Virus record (IMG/VR): IMGVR_UViG_2579778784_000004
Strand: one strand, 5' to 3'
DNA from: a virus
Taxonomy: Duplodnaviria > Heunggongvirae > Uroviricota > Caudoviricetes
DNA: 19,299 nt
Below, one piece after another: positions 15,431 to 19,299 of this stretch. The notes below the pieces were generated by a model, which did no database searches, was not told where the DNA came from, and worked only from the letters and a program-made list of their open reading frames with translations. The position numbers were made by a program, and so were the translations under genes. Position 1 is the first letter of the stretch. Each line of letters begins with the position of its first letter.

Positions 15431-15925
15431 TGGAGACGTTTCACTGGAAAGTGCGCCCGGATATGAATGTGGTATCAGAGCCGAAAGTGGTGACAGTGAA
15501 GCTGGGCGATGGTTATGAACAGCGTCGTGCGGCGGGACTGAATAACCAGTTGTCGACTTACAGCGTGACGATACGTGTTCGTAAATGTGAACACCCATCT
15601 TTAAAAGCCTTTCTGGAACGGCACGGAGCTGCCCTGAAGGTGGTTTATGACCTTGGGAAAAAAGCGGCAGCGGACTTTATGCAACAGCAGGCCCGTGATG
15701 GTGGTCGGTTAAGTGGAGCATATCGGTAATGGAGACGTTTCACTGGAAAGTGCGCCCGGATATGAATGTGGTATCAGAGCCGAAAGTGGTGACAGTGAAG
15801 CTGGGCGATGGTTATGAACAGCGTCGTGCGGCGGGACTGAATAACCAGTTGTCGACTTACAGCGTGACGATACGTGTTCGTAAATGTGAACACCCATCTT
15901 TAAAAGCCTTTCTGGAACGGCACGG
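15329..15925 (+). repeat. Perfect tandem direct duplication (two ~298-bp units, period 299 nt) spanning the H 3-prime end and the M 5-prime end
   Basis: 15329-15626 and 15628-15925 are identical by base-by-base reading; each unit holds the last ~34 codons of H, the TAATG junction and the first 66 codons of M. Confidence 0.85.
15430..15729 (+). CDS. Duplication-generated chimeric ORF: M residues 1-66 fused in frame to the C-terminal 33 residues of H
   Basis: 99-aa ORF METFHWKV...FLERHG|AALKVVYDLGKKAAADFMQQQARDGGRLSGAYR; start overlaps the H stop (TAATG), and its own stop overlaps the start of the intact M copy (TAATG). Confidence 0.45.
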   Translation: METFHWKVRPDMNVVSEPKVVTVKLGDGYEQRRAAGLNNQLSTYSVTIRVRKCEHPSLKAFLERHGAALKVVYDLGKKAAADFMQQQARDGGRLSGAYR

Positions 15926-16058
15926 TGGCGTCCGCGCATTTCAGTGGACGCCACCTTATGACTGGAAGCCGATCAGGGTGGTTTGTCGTAAATGGTCGGC
16001 AAGCGTGGGGGCGTTGTGGGTAACCATAACGGCAGATTTTGAACAGGTCGTGGCATAG
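15729..16058 (+). CDS. M: Tail tip protein M
   Basis: 109 aa, same length as lambda M; FRWKV...GDGY...TYSV...WTPPY...KWS...FEQVV pattern matches lambda M. Confidence 0.93.
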   Translation: METFHWKVRPDMNVVSEPKVVTVKLGDGYEQRRAAGLNNQLSTYSVTIRVRKCEHPSLKAFLERHGGVRAFQWTPPYDWKPIRVVCRKWSASVGALWVTITADFEQVVA

Positions 16059-16067
16059 GAGGCTCTG

Positions 16068-16766
16068 ATGCAGGATATTCCACAGGAAACACATCATGAG
16101 ACGACACGCCTCACTCAGTCAGCCCAGGTGGTGCTCTGGGAAATCGATCTGACAGAGGTCGGTGGTGAACGTTATTTTTTCTGTAATGAGCAGAACGAAA
16201 AAGGTGAGCCGGTTACCTGGCAGGGGCGGCAGTATCAGGCATACCCTATTCAGGGGACGGGATTTGAACTGAACGGCAAGGGCAGTGCTGCCCGTCCGAC
16301 ACTGACGGTTTCTAACCTGCACGGAATGGTCACCGGGATGGCGGAAGACCTGCAGAGTCTGGTCGGCGGAACGGTGGTCAGGCGTAAGGTTTACGCCCGT
16401 TTTCTGGATGCGGTGAACTTCGTCAACGGAAACAGTGACGCCGATCCGGAGCAGGAGGTGATCAGCCGCTGGCGCATCGAGCAGTGCAGCGAACTGAGCG
16501 CGGTCAGTGCCTCTTTTGTACTGTCCACGCCGACGGAAACGGACGGTGCTGTTTTTCCGGGGCGCATCATGCTGGCTAATACCTGCACCTGGACCTATCG
16601 CGGTGATGAGTGCGGTTATCACGGTCCGGCTGTCGCTGATGAATATGACCAGCCGACGTCCGATATCACGAAGGATAAATGCAGCAAATGCCTGAGTGGT
16701 TGTAAGTTTCGCAATAACGTCGGCAACTTTGGCGGCTTCCTTTCCATTAACAAACTTTCGCAGTAA
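16068..16766 (+). CDS. L: Tail tip protein L (Fe-S cluster cysteines at the C-terminus)
   Basis: 232 aa; near-identical to lambda L as recalled (VVLWEIDLTEVGGERYFFCNEQNEKGEPVTWQGRQYQ..., CSKCLSGCKF); AGGAGG Shine-Dalgarno. Confidence 0.95.
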   Translation: MQDIPQETHHETTRLTQSAQVVLWEIDLTEVGGERYFFCNEQNEKGEPVTWQGRQYQAYPIQGTGFELNGKGSAARPTLTVSNLHGMVTGMAEDLQSLVGGTVVRRKVYARFLDAVNFVNGNSDADPEQEVISRWRIEQCSELSAVSASFVLSTPTETDGAVFPGRIMLANTCTWTYRGDECGYHGPAVADEYDQPTSDITKDKCSKCLSGCKFRNNVGNFGGFLSINKLSQ

Positions 16767-16770
16767 TCCC

Positions 16771-17514
16771 ATGACACAGACAGAATCAGCGATTCTGGCG
16801 CACGCCCGGCGATGTGCGCCAGCGGAGTCGTGCGGCTTCGTGGTGAGAACGCCGGAGGGGGAAAGATATTTTCCCTGCGTGAATATCTCCGGTGAGCCGG
16901 AGGCGTATTTCCGGATGTCGCCGGAGGACTGGCTGCGGGCAGAGATGCAGGGTGAGATTGTGGCGCTGGTCCACAGCCACCCCGGTGGTCTGCCCTGGCT
17001 GAGTGAGGCCGACCGGCGGCTGCAGGTGCAGAGTGATTTGCCGTGGTGGCTGGTCTGCCGGGGTGAGATTCATAAATTCCGCTGTGTGCCGCATCTTACC
17101 GGGCGGCGCTTTGAGCACGGGGTGACGGACTGTTACACGCTGTTCCGGGATGCTTATCATCTGGCGGGGATTGAGATGCCGGATTTTCATCGTGAGGATG
17201 ACTGGTGGCGTCATGGTCAGAATCTCTATCTGGATAATCTGGAGGCCACAGGGCTGTATCAGGTGCCGTTGTCAGCGGCGCAGCCGGGCGATGTGCTGCT
17301 GTGCTGTTTTGGTTCATCGGTGCCGAATCATGCCGCTATTTACTGCGGCGACGGCGAGCTGCTGCACCATATTCCTGAACAACTGAGCAAACGAGAGAGG
17401 TATACCGACAAATGGCAGCGACGCACACACTCCCTCTGGCGTCACCGGGCATGGCACGCATCTGCCTTTACGGGGATTTGCAACGATTTGGCCGCCGCAT
17501 CGACCTTCGTGTGA
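16771..17514 (+). CDS. K: Tail tip assembly protein K (JAMM/MPN and NlpC/P60-like regions); long form, alternative start at ATG 16915
   Basis: 247 aa from ATG 16771 just after the L stop. HSHPGG...SEAD JAMM-type motif. The shorter form from MSPEDW (16915) would be 199 aa, the length usually given for lambda K. Confidence 0.88.
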   Translation: MTQTESAILAHARRCAPAESCGFVVRTPEGERYFPCVNISGEPEAYFRMSPEDWLRAEMQGEIVALVHSHPGGLPWLSEADRRLQVQSDLPWWLVCRGEIHKFRCVPHLTGRRFEHGVTDCYTLFRDAYHLAGIEMPDFHREDDWWRHGQNLYLDNLEATGLYQVPLSAAQPGDVLLCCFGSSVPNHAAIYCGDGELLHHIPEQLSKRERYTDKWQRRTHSLWRHRAWHASAFTGICNDLAAASTFV

Positions 17515-18059
17515 AAACGGGGGCCGAAGCCATCCGGGCGCTGGCCACACAGCTCCCGGCGTTTCGTCAGAAACTGAATGACGGCTGGTATCAGGTGCGC
17601 ATTGCCGGGCGTGATGCAGGCGAAAATGAATTATCTGCCCGTCTTAATGAGCCGCTGGCAAATGGTGCCGTGATCCACATCGTGCCGCGTCTGGCGGGAG
17701 CTAAAAGTGGCGGTGTGTTTCAGGTGGTGCTGGGGGCGGCGCTGATTGCGGTGGCATGGTGGAATCCTGTGGGTTGGCTGGGTGCCGCGGCTGTATCGGG
17801 CATGTATGCGGCAGGGGCCAGTATGATCCTGGGCGGAGTGGCGCAGATGCTGGCACCGAAAGCCAGGACGCCCACGGCAGCCAGTACAGATAACGGCAAA
17901 CAGAACACGTATTTCTCCTCACTGGATAACATGGTTGCCCAGGGCAATGTTCTGCCCGTTCTGTACGGTGAAATGCGCGTGGGGTCACGCGTGGTTTCTC
18001 AGGAGATCAGCACGGCAGACGAAGGGGACGGTGGTCAGGTTGTGGTGATTGGTCGCTGA
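17412..18059 (+). CDS. I: Tail tip assembly protein I (ubiquitin-like N-terminal domain)
   Basis: 215 aa; MAATHTLPLASPGMARICLYGDLQRFGRRIDLRVKTGAEAIRALATQLPAF and C-terminal NGKQNTYFSSLDNMVAQGNVLPVLYGEMRVGSRVVSQEISTADEGDGGQVVVIGR match lambda I; overlaps the K 3-prime end by about 100 nt. Confidence 0.93.
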   Translation: MAATHTLPLASPGMARICLYGDLQRFGRRIDLRVKTGAEAIRALATQLPAFRQKLNDGWYQVRIAGRDAGENELSARLNEPLANGAVIHIVPRLAGAKSGGVFQVVLGAALIAVAWWNPVGWLGAAAVSGMYAAGASMILGGVAQMLAPKARTPTAASTDNGKQNTYFSSLDNMVAQGNVLPVLYGEMRVGSRVVSQEISTADEGDGGQVVVIGR

Positions 18060-18077
18060 TGCAAAATGTTTTATGTG

Positions 18078-18100
18078 AAACCGCCTGCGGGCGGTTTTGT
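18078..18100 (+). terminator. Hairpin plus T-run between I and J (terminator-like attenuator)
   Basis: AAACCGCC-TGCG-GGCGGTTTTGT: GC-rich 5-bp stem extended by A-T pairs, followed by a T-run; about 20 nt before the J ribosome-binding site. Confidence 0.5.
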
Positions 18101-18119
18101 CGTTTATGGAGCGTGAGGA

Positions 18120-19299
18120 ATGGGTAAAGGCAGCAGTAAGGGGCATACCCCGCGCGAAGCGAAGGACAACCTGAAGTCCACGCAGTTGCTGAGTGTGATC
18201 GATGCCATCAGCGAAGGGCCGGTTGAAGGTCCGGTGGAGGGATTAAAAAGCGTGCTGCTGAACAGTACGCCGGTGCTGGACACTGAGGGGAATACCAACA
18301 TATCCGGTGTCACGGTGGTGTTCCGTGCCGGTGAGCAGGAGCAGACACCGCCGGAGGGGTTTGAATCCTCCGGCTCCGAGACGGTGCTCGGTACAGAAGT
18401 GAAATATGACACGCCGATCACCCGGACCATCACGTCGGCAAACATCGACCGTCTGCGCTTTACCTTCGGTGTACAGGCACTGGTGGAAACCACCTCAAAG
18501 GGTGACAGGAATCCGTCGGAAGTCCGCCTGCTGGTTCAGATACAGCGTAATGGTGGCTGGGTGACGGAAAAAGACATCACCATTAAAGGCAAAACCACCT
18601 CACAGTATCTGGCATCGGTGGTGGTGGGTAACCTGCCGCCGCGCCCGTTCAATATCCGGATGCGCAGGATGACGCCGGACAGCACCACAGACCAGCTGCA
18701 GAACAAAACGCTCTGGTCGTCATACACCGAAATCATCGATGTGAAACAGTGCTACCCGAACACGGCACTGGTCGGCGTACAGGTGGATTCGGAGCAGTTC
18801 GGCAGCCAGCAGGTGAGCCGTAATTATCATCTGCGCGGGCGTATTCTGCAGGTGCCGTCGAACTATAACCCGCAGATGCGGCAATACAGCGGTATCTGGG
18901 ACGGAACGTTTAAGCCAGCATACAGCAATAACATGGCCTGGTGTCTGTGGGATATGCTGACCCATCCACGCTACGGCATGGGGAAACGTCTTGGTGCGGC
19001 GGATGTGGACAAATGGGCGCTGTATGTCATCGGCCAGTACTGCGACCAGTCAGTGCCGGACGGCTTTGGCGGCACGGAGCCGCGCATCACCTGTAATGCG
19101 TACCTGACCACACAGCGCAAGGCGTGGGATGTGCTCAGTGATTTCTGCTCGGCGATGCGCTGTATGCCGGTATGGAACGGGCAGACGCTGACGTTCGTGC
19201 AGGACCGACCGTCGGATAAGGTGTGGACCTATAACCGCAGTAATGTGGTGATGCCGGATGATGGCGCGCCGTTCCGCTACAGCTTCAGCGCCCTGAAAG
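18120..19299 (+). CDS. J: Tail tip / host specificity protein J, N-terminal 393 codons (3-prime end outside the window)
   Basis: Translation from ATG 18120 gives MGKGSSKGHTPREAKDNLKSTQLLSVIDAISEGP..., matching the lambda J N-terminus as recalled; open to the window end, so the six-frame track lists no closed ORF here. Confidence 0.93.
   Translation, partial: MGKGSSKGHTPREAKDNLKSTQLLSVIDAISEGPVEGPVEGLKSVLLNSTPVLDTEGNTNISGVTVVFRAGEQEQTPPEGFESSGSETVLGTEVKYDTPITRTITSANIDRLRFTFGVQALVETTSKGDRNPSEVRLLVQIQRNGGWVTEKDITIKGKTTSQYLASVVVGNLPPRPFNIRMRRMTPDSTTDQLQNKTLWSSYTEIIDVKQCYPNTALVGVQVDSEQFGSQQVSRNYHLRGRILQVPSNYNPQMRQYSGIWDGTFKPAYSNNMAWCLWDMLTHPRYGMGKRLGAADVDKWALYVIGQYCDQSVPDGFGGTEPRITCNAYLTTQRKAWDVLSDFCSAMRCMPVWNGQTLTFVQDRPSDKVWTYNRSNVVMPDDGAPFRYSFSALK

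Noticed and set aside
16119-16772. 217-aa minus-strand ORF antisense to gene L
   Set aside because: Shadow ORF entirely within the well-supported L coding sequence on the opposite strand.
1-19299. Looked for CRISPR arrays, tRNA/rRNA genes, integrase/attachment sites and IS elements
   Set aside because: No short regularly spaced repeats, no tRNA-like cloverleaf candidates, no recombinase-like ORF and no terminal inverted repeats flanking a transposase were seen; the window is a contiguous phage late operon.

Overview
This window reads as the late region of a lambda-like (lambdoid, siphovirus-type) prophage or concatemer from an enterobacterial host; nearly everything is on the + strand with tight translational coupling (TAATG / ATGA overlaps). 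Order: 5-prime-truncated DNA methyltransferase, intrinsic terminator, lysis cassette (holin, R endolysin, Rz with embedded Rz1), an AT-rich single-gene moron with its own terminator, a lambda-like cos site about 190 nt upstream of the small terminase gene, then terminase small and large subunits, gpW-like protein, portal, a single long ORF fusing a ClpP-like prohead protease to the major capsid protein, a small DUF2190-like head protein, and a tail module collinear with lambda FII-Z-U-V-G/GT-H-M-L-K-I-J (J runs off the window end). The most unusual feature is a perfect ~299-bp tandem duplication across the H/M junction that creates an extra in-frame chimeric ORF between intact H and intact M. 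All homology statements rest on my recollection of lambda protein and cos sequences and on motif reading; no search or alignment was run. No tRNA, rRNA, CRISPR array, integrase or IS element was seen.
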